Below, piece by piece: positions 22,093 through 33,768 of a stretch of 40,986 bases of DNA (the stretch's first letter is position 1; every line of letters begins with the position of its first letter). This DNA comes from Thelocarpon superellum (Eukaryota). The position numbers and the translations under genes were made by a program. A model generated the notes under the pieces. The model saw only the letters and a program-made list of their open reading frames with translations. It made no database searches and was not told where the DNA came from. The stretch lies in the NCBI GenBank assembly GCA_026025795.1, contig JAPEUG010000010.1, forward strand, positions 62,001 through 102,986. Reading direction: 5' to 3'.

Positions 22093-22531
22093 ATGTCGAC
22101 CTCAACCGGCGTCAATGTAAGCTACGGCTCGTGTTTGAGACACGCACGAGTGCGAGTCTGGACGCGTACGGGTGATGATGCTAGGGTCAACGAGCTCACG
22201 CTTGCAGGTCCTACGATACTCGGCCCTCTTCGCCGGCGTGGTCTATGGGCTCTACCATCAGAGCTCCTTGAGCGCACAACAAAAGACGGCGCAAATCAAT
22301 CGCGAGTATCAGCGGAAGGAGAGCCTGATACAGCAAGCCAAGGCGGAGTATGCGAAACAACGGCTACCCGCGGACAAGAAGACGGCGAGCGGAGGGAGTA
22401 GGGCACCGCAGGGGATGACAATGTGACGAATCAGACGCTGACCTCGATCTACAGTCATCACCGATCCGAATGACTCAAGATTCGACCTGGAGGCTTATCT
22501 GACCGTGCAAATGGCGGATGAGGCAAAGTAG
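22093..22531 (+). CDS. ATP21: mitochondrial ATP synthase subunit e (96 aa, 3 exons)
   Basis: Exons 22093-22116, 22208-22397 and 22455-22531 give MSTSTGVNVLRYSALFAGVVYGLYHQ...LIQQAKAEY...IITDPNDSRFDLEAYL. It has a GxxxG transmembrane motif followed by a coiled coil, typical of Atp21/Tim11. Confidence 0.92.
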
Positions 22532-23932
22532 AGGGGAGCTGAGAGACGGGTAGAAGGCTGGTGATATGGGCAGGATGGCTCGCATTGCGGATCTACACCT
22601 TGGCGTTTTCCATGTACTCGTACTGCTACCTTGATAGAAGATGTACCATTCACTGAATGACATGTCATTGTCTGATGAAGGAATTGTGCGGCATGAGTCA
22701 ATGACAGGGTGGGCCCACAGGGTGGGCCCACGGGGTTCGACTCCGCTGGGGGCCTTAGGAGGGACCAAGATACTATCTTTCACTCCTGGGATGGTATCTC
22801 TTGATGAGATGACGTCGAAAGGTCTGTTAGTTGACAGGGTGCATGTGCATGTGCACAGCCTCAAGCTACTTTGAGGTGTCATGAAGAGGAGAGGTGCTCA
22901 ACTGTACGGTGCTGAAATGTGAAGTACTGTACGGTTACGATGGATACTCCTCCGGGTCGGAGCGCACCTCCACGTGATGTACAGATTCCCAAGGCCTACT
23001 AGGCGATATGCTCGCAGGCGATATGGCAGCCCAAGTGGGTCCTACGCAGGTACTTAGTACCAGTCACTAAACTTGGACGGGATCGGAGCGATGTACGCGT
23101 ACAGATGCCTTTGGCGAGTGGGTGGCTTCGCAGAGAGGCGGGCCTCAAATAGAATGGTGCAAGAAGCACCAATGATAGCGATGAGAAGTAGCACTGCCTC
23201 CGCCGCGTTGCACTCCGAGGTTGGGTTGAGGTACGGAGGGCTAGCGCTCGTGCCGTCTAGGTCAGGCGGTGGCGAGGACTACGAGTTCTTGTCGCTAACG
23301 CGACCCGCGACAGAGGCCCAGTCCCCTTGCGTGGACCCTTTCCCTTGGTTCGTTGGCCGACACTTCGTCTCTTAGATCCGCACGACAAACGGCGCCGGGC
23401 CTTGTCAGCCTATCAGCAACCCTGTTGACGCTCGTTTCCTTGATTTACCCCGGACCAGCTGCCAGGTAGCCACCTACGTACTTCGTACCGTCTGGCGGAA
23501 CGGCGTGTCAGGGTCCTTGTGGAGATGATCCCTCTTTCCCCTCTCCGAACCGGATGTTAGCCTGCCGGACGCAGGTCGACAAGTCTTTCCCTTCCCTTTC
23601 CCACCACCCCGGTCTGGGATCCTTCGCGGTCATGTACGATGACGAGGGTGGAGGACGTGGCAGCTTCTGCCGTTCCCTTTCACCGCTTCCGATCGGTCGC
23701 GCGCGCCATCACGGACCAGCCGTTGCGGTTCCATGAGAGGGTTTTGGAGAAATTCATAAGCGCGGTGGGTTCCTGGTCAGGGTCTCTGGATTAGTTTGAC
23801 CATGATCGCGCGGCGCTGTATCTACCATACGTAGCACAACCACCATCGCTCTGGTTTTGTCCATCTCTGCTCACGGTCCTCATTCCTCTCCATTCGCTCT
23901 GAGCCGCCCGTCGTAATCACCGACCACCCATC

Positions 23933-25006
23933 ATGCGCGCCGTTGCCATCTTGCCGCTGCTGTGCGCCATTGCGGCCTTTATTCTGTCGATGCTTTGTCT
24001 GTTCGCAGGTAACCATCCAGGGTTCATTGAAGATGCGGCCCTCCTGACCGTACGTTCCCTTTTCCCCTTGCCCGTACGAACATCCCGCTGACCATCTCAG
24101 CTCAACGCATCGCAACTGGGCGAAGTCACGGCCAACACGACGAAGCCATCGTCGACCGGCCCGTTTGCCAGCATCGAGAGCGAAGTGGTGAACGGCATCG
24201 AGAATGCCGGCAATCACCTCGTCAGCGATGTGACGCACGATCTTGGTCTTCACGACTTTTATTCTGCCCACTTGATGACATACTGCGAGGGCTCCTACCA
24301 GCCCAATGCCACGGCATCGGGGGCATCGGAAAATGTCACCTTCTGCTCGAATGCGTCGTCGAGCTTTTGGTTTGATCCTGCCGCGGTAAGTCCCGATCCT
24401 ACACAAGGATGATGCCCTTCCACTCTGGTTCCTGTACTGATGAATGGATGCGTACCATAGATCATCAGCAGCGAGCTGAAATCAGGCATCTCGCTCAGCG
24501 ACATCAGATTCCCGCAGGCCATTGAAGATGATCTCGCCGCGCTGCACTACGCCTTCAACGCGACGTTTATCATCTACTGCATCGGCATTGGCTTTACGGG
24601 CCTGTTGATCCTCCTATCGCTCGTTGGATTCTTCACGCACGATCTGTTCACGGTGCTCGGGAATGTGGTTCTAGCATTCGTATGTCTCCCCTCCTCGCTC
24701 TATCCCACCTTCCCTTCTCCCTCTCCAGATCCAACTAACACGGCCAAGCTCGCATTCATCTTCATCGGCATCGCATCAGCCATCATCACGGTGGTGGTTG
24801 TGAAAGCAAGCAACAGCATCAACAGCAACGGCAACGACATAGGCCTGTACGCCTACCGCGGGTCCAAGTACCTGGCCATGACGTGGTCCGCCACGGCCCT
24901 GCTGTTCCTCGCGTCCGTGTCGTGGTGTTTCGGCTGCTGCTTCGAACGCCATCGCAACGGCTACAGCGTGCGTCGCACGCACCGCTACGTCGGCCGAAAG
25001 GCTTAG
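23933..25006 (+). CDS. SUR7/PalI family tetraspan membrane protein (~292 aa, 4 exons)
   Basis: Exons 23933-24049, 24101-24385, 24461-24679 and 24749-25006. N-terminal TM AFILSMLCLFAG, loop motif LGLHDFYSAHLMTYCEG with a second Cys, three more TMs and GSKYLAMTWSA. Confidence 0.85.
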
Positions 25007-25086
25007 TTTGGTTGCCTTTCCCTCTGCTCTCTGAAGACGCCGATTCTACGTCTCTTGATCAATCTGTTTGTTTGCCTGTCTGCTAC

Positions 25087-25106
25087 GTGTGTGTGTGTGT
25101 GTGTGT
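25087..25106. repeat. (GT)n dinucleotide microsatellite
   Basis: About 10 GT units in the SUR7/PMT4 convergent spacer. Confidence 0.9.
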
Positions 25107-25599
25107 TTGTCATTTGAATGCGATTTCTTCTTCTCCGTCATGCCGCGTGTTTCCTGTCTCGCCGGTGACGAGGACGATGATGAACAAGAGAGGAGGAAGA
25201 CCAGACTGAGACTGCATCTGTACGACTAGCGAGCTTATACCCCCTTCCCGTGAACGATCGATCATCTCTCATGTAGGTATGCACAGTCGTTACTGGGTAT
25301 TTAGTCCACCAAGCATTCCATCGCCCATTTACTACACACCGCACTCGCCACATTGTAGATTGTAGATTGTAGATGTAGCTAATTGACATTAGACCTACTA
25401 CGCCGCTCCGAGCACTGACATGAGTAGATGTTCGTACTGAAAGTGTATCAGAGAGAAGTTACAAAATAGAATCAAAATATCCTCCCTTGGCACACTGGCT
25501 TGCATCTCCTCTTCAAGGTCCCCCCTTTGCCCTGTCTCTCTTTCCCCTCGTCTCGGCCGCTCTGCCTCCGCTGTGCGGCCGGCTCTATGGGATGGAGAG

Positions 25600-28122
25600 C
25601 TACTTGGCAAAGTGCAAATCATAGCCCAGCCACTTCCTGGCATTAACCTCCTCCACCGACAGGCCGGGCTTGCCATACGTAAGCGGGAGGAAGTAATACC
25701 ATCCGCCGATGACGACGGCGAGTAAGACGCCCGCGGCAGCCCAGATGGCGAGGACGCTTTGGCTGCCCAGACGCTCCGAGGCGAAGATGCGTCGGCCGGC
25801 GACCACACCCTTCTTCTTTCCCTTGCTATTCGTCGCGGCGCTGGAGGAAGGCTCCTCCACCGCGATCGGATCCACGTTGAAGACGAATTCCACCAGGGCG
25901 CCCGTGACCAGGGCCGATGCCAGGTGGCCGGGGAGATAGTGATGCAGAAAGAGTTGACGGCCCATGAGGAAGAAGGGCAGGTAGTGACAGGCCCAGGCGA
26001 GGAAGAAGAACCCTGTCGAGTTGTATAATCGCGTACGAGTCCCTGCGCCCCAGACTGGGGTTAGAATGCACGGTCAAACGAGAAGAGCACCACGATACAG
26101 AGGGACTTACGTTCGTCGAGCGCGTCAATGCCACGTCGCTGCGAGAGTTGATCGGCCCCCACGATGCCGATGAAGACGGCGAGGAGACTGCTGGCCAACC
26201 ACCAACCCAAGGGATTACCGAGGAAGTAAATCTGCTGTCGCGTCTCGTTGTGTGTCCAGAAGCTGACGCCACGAAGGAGGAACGGCCACTGGATTGGTTG
26301 ACTCGCGTACGGATGGCTGCTGGTCAAGGCGTTGTTGTGGGCGAACATGGCGTGTTGCAGCTCCAGATATTTCTTGAAGAAGGACAGATGGCGCACTTGC
26401 TTCGGTGGCTTGTTCAAACGCTCGTCCCCTTGCGGGATCGATGGAATCTCCTCGACGTACCACAGGTTGCTCGTCTGCAACAGGTTTTTGTTGCCGTTGA
26501 TCTCCTGCTGCTTGAAGGCCCAGTCTGGCAGTGGACTGGTGTGCGTCCACATGGCCACCCGGCTCGGCGAGTGGATGAGCTTGAAGTGGCTGGCCATGGT
26601 GCTAAACTCCTGTTTATCCTTGCCATTCTCGATCTTGATCTCAAACGACGTGTCGTTGAAACGGGCCCCCTCGGCCTCCTCGAGCGAGGCGGTGGTGAAC
26701 TCTTGATTGGTGGGGTAGTAGGGCGACGCCACGTCGTGCGACAGCAAGATGGTGTCGGTGACTAGGTGGCGGAGTTTCACACGGTCACCATTGCGCACCT
26801 TCGTACCCGTTTGCTGGTCAGCCGGCAAGGGCGTGGCAGGAAGAATCTGCCAGTGGTTGTTTGTGTCGTTGTACGGATAGCCCGTCACTTGCTGTCCCTG
26901 GCTCGACACACGCCCATCGTCATATCGGAGCGGGTAGCGATTTGGATGGCTGTGCAGATAGGTCTTGGTCTCCTTGTGGCGGATGACAATGATGTCGTAG
27001 TAGTCGATGGCGATCGCCTTGGACGTCATCATGTTGTCGCTCAGCGTCTCCTGGAAGCCCGGCGTCATGAAGTCGTCGCCGGGGCCTGACCGGGTCAAGA
27101 TGGCAAAATGCACCTGGAACCAGAAGAGGTAGAAGAAAAAGGGCACGATGATCAGGCCTAGGCCTCGCGCCACAAAGTGCTTGCCAAACTCGGGGAGGCT
27201 TAAGGCTCCACCCCGTCGATTGATATCTAGTAGTCCCCAAAGGTCGATGATGACGGCGGCGCCGATGGTCAGGAAGGTGAAGACGCCAACATACTTCGTG
27301 GAGATGGTGCAGCTCAAGGCGACGCCGGTCAGAAAGAGCCACTTCCACCACTTGCGGCTGAAGGGTTCGTGTCGCAGCTTGTGGAAACGGATGTAGCACA
27401 GCAAGCTCGAGGCCATGGCATAGACTAGGGTAGCGTCGAGCAGGATGAGCCGGGTCTGGCCAATGTGGGCGTTGTCGAAGAGCACGATGCCAGCGGCCAC
27501 AACGGCAGCGGGCAGCGAGTATCCCGATTCCCACATGATCAAAAATACAGTGGGCACGGTCAAGGCGCCCATCAGGGCCGGGAGGGCACGGAAAGCGACA
27601 TAGGGGACTCGGTTTTCGACATACGAGTCGCCGATGTTGTCGAAGAGAAAGTGGCCGTCGTAGCCCACCATCCATCCCATGAGGGCAAAGAGGAGCTTGC
27701 CGAGAGGCGGGTGGACGTCGAAGAAGTAGGTCCGTTGGAGATACTAGAATATCGTGAGCAAGAGCTGCTGGGCCGTGGCGGGATAGGGAGCTCTCACGTA
27801 TGATGCAAACTGCGATGGCGATCGAGTTAGCTAGGCGGCCAAGCCAAGGAGACAGGGTAGATTATCATACCTTGCCGAAATGCACCTCGTCAAAGACAAC
27901 CTCATCGGGATGGTTAATGCCATAGAATCTTGTGGCAATGGCAAGGGCGGTGATGATGCCCAGGGCGAGCTGGTAGTCCCATTCAGAGGATGAGGCTGAC
28001 GACGCGGCCTTGGACAGGAAGTCGGGGTCATCGGTCATAGGCGTAGAGGGAGCGCTGTCCTTCAGAGACCCTTTCTTCGACGGTCCTCCGGCCCGATGCC
28101 GCAGGGTATTGGGCGACGACAT
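25600..28122 (-). CDS. PMT4: dolichyl-phosphate-mannose:protein O-mannosyltransferase, PMT4 subfamily (~779 aa, 4 exons)
   Basis: Exons 28122-27871, 27809-27798, 27743-26111 and 26042-25600. Joined catalytic loop [30 protein letters not shown], MIR domains (YLHSH...RVSSQGQQVTGY), HPYAS and MGRQLFLHHYLP. FASYYL and YDDGRVSSQGQQVT are PMT4-type. Confidence 0.95.
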
Positions 28123-28831
28123 GGGTGGCGGTGGGTGGGCGATGTGGGGAGGGAAGACAGAGACCACGTTCAACGTCACCCTCGACGCCTACGCGCGTCC
28201 TCTCAGGGACAGGAGAGGAAGAAGCACCCCAAGGGAAAAACAAGGGGAGTGCGGTGCTCTATCACCAACTCCTGCGCACGTCACCCGAGCGGACTCCGGC
28301 AGCCTCAAGAAAGAAAACGAATCAATCGGAGGCCGTTGCGGCGGGAAAGGGCTGTGGTAGACGTGGAGGGATGCGGCGTCCCTTACCTTTCTTTCGCGGT
28401 CTCTCTTTGCAGCGGGCCATAAAACTTTGGAATCACCATGGCTGGCGTTACGGGTACCGCGAGCTACGTTAGTCGCGACTCGTCCGCTCCAGCTCCTCGT
28501 AGCCCAGTGACGAATCCCAGCGAATCTTCGCCTGACCCTATCGCCCTCTGGGGCTTAGCCGGCCGCTGGCATTTCCCGGGGGCTTGAATTATCTGGCCTT
28601 GGCGACACGAAGCGATTCAAGGAGACCTGGTCTGTGCGTGGATGACACGCGACGAGTACGAGGATTTCGACGTTCTACCCTGACCATGGACCGTTGATCC
28701 CTACGTCTAGGCTGAGGAGGACGAATGATAGGTACGAGTACAAGCCGTCTAAGTATCCGTGCGTAGATCTATGCCATGACATACAAGATAGGTGGCGCGA
28801 GGGTCGATCGACAAGAGAGATCCCGAATGCC

Positions 28832-29929
28832 TTACAACTCCTCGTCGTCCATCATTCCCAGCACACGCAGCTCCGTCCGCACCAGCCGTTCAAACTCCCG
28901 ACGTTCGATGCCGGCTGCCTTGGACAGGCGGTATAAACTCTTCAAGCTCGTGCCGATGTGCTGGCGGATAGCGAGATCGGACTCGGTCTGGGCCGCGGCA
29001 TTATCCTCTAGCCGCGAGATGGTCTCGCTGGCGCTGGACGACGAGCTCGCCGGCCGAGGATGACTGAGAGATTCATACCCCCGTTCCTGCATTTCGCGTG
29101 GACGTGCGTCTTGCAGGTGCGCTCCGTTCGCTCGATGGGGGACAAGGCCGTTGCTTCGTTCCGCCGGATCGTCTTCGTCCATCGCGGGTTGGACGTGGCT
29201 ATACTGGGCGTAGTATGCATCGTCCGTCGCCTCGTGCGCGCTGTTCTGCTGCGTGGGCACGGGAGGCGCCGGCGAGATCTTGCGCCCTGGGGTGCGGGAG
29301 GGGGTGGCGTCATATTGCTGCCAATAGGCATCGTCATCCTCTTCGCCTTCGGCGACTTGGCCCGCCCGATCACGGGACGACCCATTCACGGCCCCTTCCT
29401 GAAGGGCATCCTGGACCGTGGCCAGAGTATACGCATTGTAGGCCGCGTCCACTGAGGGGTGCCAGTGGACCGAATTCTCATTGCCCTCGTCATAGAGGCT
29501 CAACTCGCCTACCCTCCATCCATCGCCTCCCCCCACCTGGTCATCGACGCACCAGACATAGCGGATGTCCAAGCCCCGGTCGGGCAGAGGTAGTTTCGCT
29601 TGAAGCGTCTCCTCGTCCAGGCGCCGGTAGAGCAGCTGCGGGGGGTGGTCGATCTCAACCTCGCCCGACACAGGGTGTGGTTCGAACTGATTGTCGGCAA
29701 TGACCTCGGGTAGTCGGGCGGCTTTGCTGGCGTCCCAGCAGAGGAGCGGGATCCAGGAGTCTTGTCGCGTGGTATCGGCCGAGAGCAGCTGGACCCGCTG
29801 GCGAAGGATGGGCGAGAGGAGAGGAAGGAGGGCCGGTGCGGGTCGAGGAGAGACGAAGGCCGTAGGCAAGCAGGCCAGCAAGGGTGGCAGAAGCACTTGT
29901 GGCTCGGGATTTGGGATGGCTTGCACCAT
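28832..29929 (-). CDS. uncharacterised fungal protein (365 aa, single exon)
   Basis: Uninterrupted ORF with an in-frame stop upstream of the ATG. Protein-like composition: LLPPLLACLPTAF, PILRQRVQLL, FEPHPVSGE, DDDAYWQQYD, YYAQYSHVQPAMD and HIGTSLKSLYRL. I recall similar conserved Pezizomycotina hypotheticals; function unknown. Confidence 0.8.
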   Translation of the reverse strand: MVQAIPNPEPQVLLPPLLACLPTAFVSPRPAPALLPLLSPILRQRVQLLSADTTRQDSWIPLLCWDASKAARLPEVIADNQFEPHPVSGEVEIDHPPQLLYRRLDEETLQAKLPLPDRGLDIRYVWCVDDQVGGGDGWRVGELSLYDEGNENSVHWHPSVDAAYNAYTLATVQDALQEGAVNGSSRDRAGQVAEGEEDDDAYWQQYDATPSRTPGRKISPAPPVPTQQNSAHEATDDAYYAQYSHVQPAMDEDDPAERSNGLVPHRANGAHLQDARPREMQERGYESLSHPRPASSSSSASETISRLEDNAAAQTESDLAIRQHIGTSLKSLYRLSKAAGIERREFERLVRTELRVLGMMDDEEL

Positions 29930-30765
29930 CGTGACGAGTGAAGACGCTCGTCCTCGTCCCCAATTGGCGTCAGGAGCCTCTCATGCGTCTCCGACGGTTC
30001 GGTGGTTCGGACGACCCAGGCGGGGCTTGCAGTTTCCCGATCGGCAGTCCACGATTCCCCACGTGCTAGGAGGACGACGATCCCAGGAAGCGCGTCTGAA
30101 GCACCTTCAGTCTCACCATGGACACGAGTGCTGATGACGTGGGTCAAGGATGCGGCGACTGACCTGTCCGATGGCTCGTCATGCTGTGAGGCCGTGGGAG
30201 GGATCATGCAGGAGAGACCACTCGGAAAGAGAAGTCCGTCGGCTGATGGCCTCATGGCACGTCGTACCTGGCGGCACTGGAATCCCAGTAGCGGCAGCTC
30301 GTCCGGTTTGGTCTCCGTTGATCCGAGGCCAAAGAGGACGAACTTCGGGCAAGTGCCGGTCGGAGAGCTCCGTGGGTGCAGATTAGCCGACGCTGGGACC
30401 GACGCCACCCGAAACCACCGATCGCTGATCCCTTGATTCCCATTTGCGGCAGACCCAGCTTTCTCCCCCAGCCGGCACTTCATACATGGCCTGAGTCTGC
30501 TCAAAATTCCTGCGCCAGCAAGAGAGGGCCAGGCATAGATACTCGTTTGACCTTCTTTGGCGCAGCGTCGAGGTAGGCGTTGTACATTGCACTTCGTGAA
30601 GACGGTCTGACGACTTTGTTCAGGGGGCAACATCACTCCATTTAAATTCTCCCGTCTTGGGCTAAAATGACTTGTTCGGGTTAATGATTTTTTATTCGAG
30701 TATATTCGTTGAAAATTTCAAATTGCAGCACGCCGTCGAGAGTACTGAGCGGGGCCTAAAGTAGC

Positions 30766-30910
30766 CTATCCAGGATCTATCCAGGATCTATCCAGAATAT
30801 ATCCAGAATCTATCCAACCCTTGTACACGGAAGGAGCTATAGGGCGAATCCAGAATATATCCAGAATCTATCCAACCCATGTACACGGAAGGAGCTATAG
30901 GGCGAATCCA
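30766..30910. repeat. 11-bp minisatellite (CTATCCAGRAT) nested in a 58-bp tandem duplication
   Basis: 11-mers start at 30766, 30777, 30788, 30799 and 30810. The 58-bp copies 30790-30847 and 30848-30905 differ at one base (T30821/A30879) and are followed by a partial ATCCA. Confidence 0.92.
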
Positions 30911-30922
30911 TGTTTTCACACT

Positions 30923-32899
30923 TCAAAAGTGAAAGTACGACATAATCTTTTCTTTGGTCGTCATGGCCGCGTGCACCTCCAAGATGTCTATCTCAGTCGG
31001 GTCCTCCTCCCGACGTCCCGTCTGCAGATCCACCTCGGTCTAGCACGGATTAGCAACGGCGCCGATTGTAGGTCTCGCCAAGGTTGACCCACGAGCTTTT
31101 TCCACTTGGTGCGATACAAGATCTTGTACCCTGCCCACATGATCAAGAAGATGGGCACGCCGATGAAGTTCGAGAAGAAGTTGGACGCCGACGGCTCCGC
31201 TCCGATAGGCCACACAGACACGATAAACTGACATACCACCTGCACTGCTCGTCAGCATTGCTCGTTGAGGGGGGATCGTACGGAACCGACCATGAAGGAG
31301 ATGGCAACAAAGGCGAAGATGGAGAGCCAGGGAAACAGAATTTGCTTGAACGCAAATCGTCGGTCCAGCGTATCGTCATTCTGCGCCTTCAAGGCTGCGC
31401 GGAAGCGCCAATTGGAGGCGATGATGACCAGCCACGCGATGAAGAAGGCCATACCCGAGATGGCCGAGAACCTAAGAGGGCATGAGCAATCAGCGTCCCA
31501 GTCAAGTATCGGCGCGACACACCATGAGAAGACGATAGCGCCGGTGCTGCTACAGTTGAGGTAGGCGAGCACCGTAGCCATCGCACCCGAAAAGATCAGC
31601 GCCACGTAGGGCCGCCCACGTCGGTCGACCCGGCCGAAGAAGGACCAGGCGAAGCCGTCTTCCGACATGGCCTGGAGCGTACGAGAGGAGATGTAAATGC
31701 TCGTGCTTCCCACGCTGCACACGCACACCATCACCACCGCGTTGAAGATGTGCGGCAGCACCTGGATCCCCGCGTCCTTGATGGCCAAGACAAAGGGCGA
31801 GCTGTTGGCGTTTGTCGTCCCGATCAGGCCGGGCTCGTTGTAGGGCACGACAAAGGTCAGGAAGAGCATCGACACGATGTAGAAGATGAAGATGCGCCAC
31901 ATCAACGTGCGGATGGCGCGGGGTAGATTGTGGCGGGGGTGCTGCGCTTCGCCCGCCACCACGCCCACCATCTCCGTGCCGCCCACGGCGAAGGCGGCCG
32001 TGACGAAGACCGCGGCAAGGCCCTTGAAACCATTATGCTGTCACCTCGGGTCAGCTCCACGTCCTGATCCTCCGTCCGCAACGGGGCGAGCGCGTACAAT
32101 GCCATGGTCGAGGCCTTCGAGGCGCCAAAACTCGCCGCCGTGCTTATGTCCGGTGGGTCCGGCCCCTACCGCGCATGTCAGCGACGGGCCACGCGATCGC
32201 CCCGTGGGATTCCTCGCCTCCCATGATAGCCCAAACGACGATGATGAAGGTCACGACAGCCACCACTTTCAGTGCGCTGACGAAGAACTCGACTTCGCCA
32301 AAGACACGGACCGGGGCCAGATGGATCATCAGGTTGATGACAAGGAAGATACTGATCCAGAGAGGGGTCAACGCGGGGTTCATGTCCCAGAAGTTGATGA
32401 GGAGGACAAAGGCCGAGGATTCGGCGCCAAAGACGGCGATCCAGGCCAGCCAGTACTGCCAGCCCATGGCGAAGCCCAGGGCGGGGTCGTAAAAGCGCGT
32501 GGCGTAGCGTGTGAAGCTGCCCGACACCGGGATGACGACGGCCATCTCGCCTAGGCATTGCATCATGATGGTGAGGGAGATGGCGATCAGGAAGAAGGCC
32601 AGTACGAGCGACAACGGGCCTCCAGTGTGCAGGGCCTTGCCAGACCCGATGAAAAGGCCGGTGCCAATGTTCGAGCCAATTGCAATCATCTAGACCTAAC
32701 ATGAGCGGATGCACGCCGAGGTGAGAGAGAAGGAGCGGACTTGAATGTGTCGTGCCTGGAGTTTGCGCTGTAGGCCCGAGGGCGTGACGGACGAGGCCAC
32801 GGGTTCGAGGCCGATAGCCTCGGGGCAATCGACATATTTGCTCCCACCGCTCGAGGTTTCGCCCATGTCCATATTGGACTTGATCTCTTCTTGACCCAT
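30923..32899 (-). CDS. amino acid permease, APC superfamily, YAT family (~552 aa, 7 exons)
   Basis: Exons 32899-32741, 32689-32218, 32165-32098, 32037-31523, 31471-31291, 31239-31093 and 31039-30923. Motifs [77 protein letters not shown] and VDLQTGRRE. Intron 2 needs a GC donor. Confidence 0.9.
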
Positions 32900-33768
32900 C
32901 GTGGCTCTGGGCTGCGGGTCCCGTCCGCGGTGGAGAGGAAATCAACGGGCTGTTGGTTGTTATTCGATCCACTCAGGGCAGAGGAAAGAAGAGAATCCGC
33001 AATCGCCGGGACTCGCAGAGAGGTGGAAGCAGAAGACACTGCGTTCATTCATCGGACCTCTCTAGAAGGCTCAAGCCCAAGCCAGTCGGGCACGCGCTCA
33101 AGAATGGCGGAGCGTGGGGGACCGTGTGCCAGATGTCCCACCTTCGTGTGACCGGGCGCTGGCGCAGGAAGGATGCCAACGACTCCGGCCTTTCTTCCAC
33201 GACCGCTCCTGCGTGCGGCGTGCGGGCGGCGCTGGCACGTCCATCCTGGCGACTCGGCCGACCCCGAACCTGGTCCTCCAAGCGGGCCAATTCACGTGGA
33301 TGCGTGACATATTGATGGAGCGAACAGTGGTGGGGACGAGGGTCAGTGGCGCTTGTCGTTTAAAGAGGAAGGTCGGATCAAGCCCAGGCGCGGTTGCGAT
33401 AAGCGGGGAGTTGGTCAGTCGGGCCCCAAGCCTCCACGGTATAGGTACTTGTCTCTGGGTGGCGCCCTGGACGAAGATGAACGTACGAAGTACCCTTGCG
33501 TTAGCAGCCCGCCCTCTTCTTCCATTCGACCTTTCCCATGCGGTATTGCGCGGCCACCAGTCGATGGTATGACAAAATAGAAGTTCTTCGTCCTTCGAAC
33601 TGAGTTTAATACTTCGTTATCTTCAGCAGCGATTGAGATGTTTTCGCGTCGTCTTGTCGGTTGGCCCACTGCCCGGGGGCCGATCCACGGCGGCCGCTGG
33701 CTAATGGGCTAACCTGTCCTTTGGCGCGCGCTCATGTGACCTGAACTCCGCAGGTTGCACTTACGCAA

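Noticed and set aside
22117..22207. Possible intronic C/D snoRNA in ATP e intron 1 (GTGATGA, small hairpin)
   Set aside because: No downstream CTGA box D, and too little room before the branch point.
29509..30636. 375-aa minus-strand ORF overlapping the start of the 365-aa gene
   Set aside because: Different frame, non-ATG start and no motif; long chance ORFs are common at this GC content.
30766..30910. Repeat-spacer pattern resembling a CRISPR array
   Set aside because: The spacers are duplicates of each other, the host is a eukaryote and there are no cas genes.
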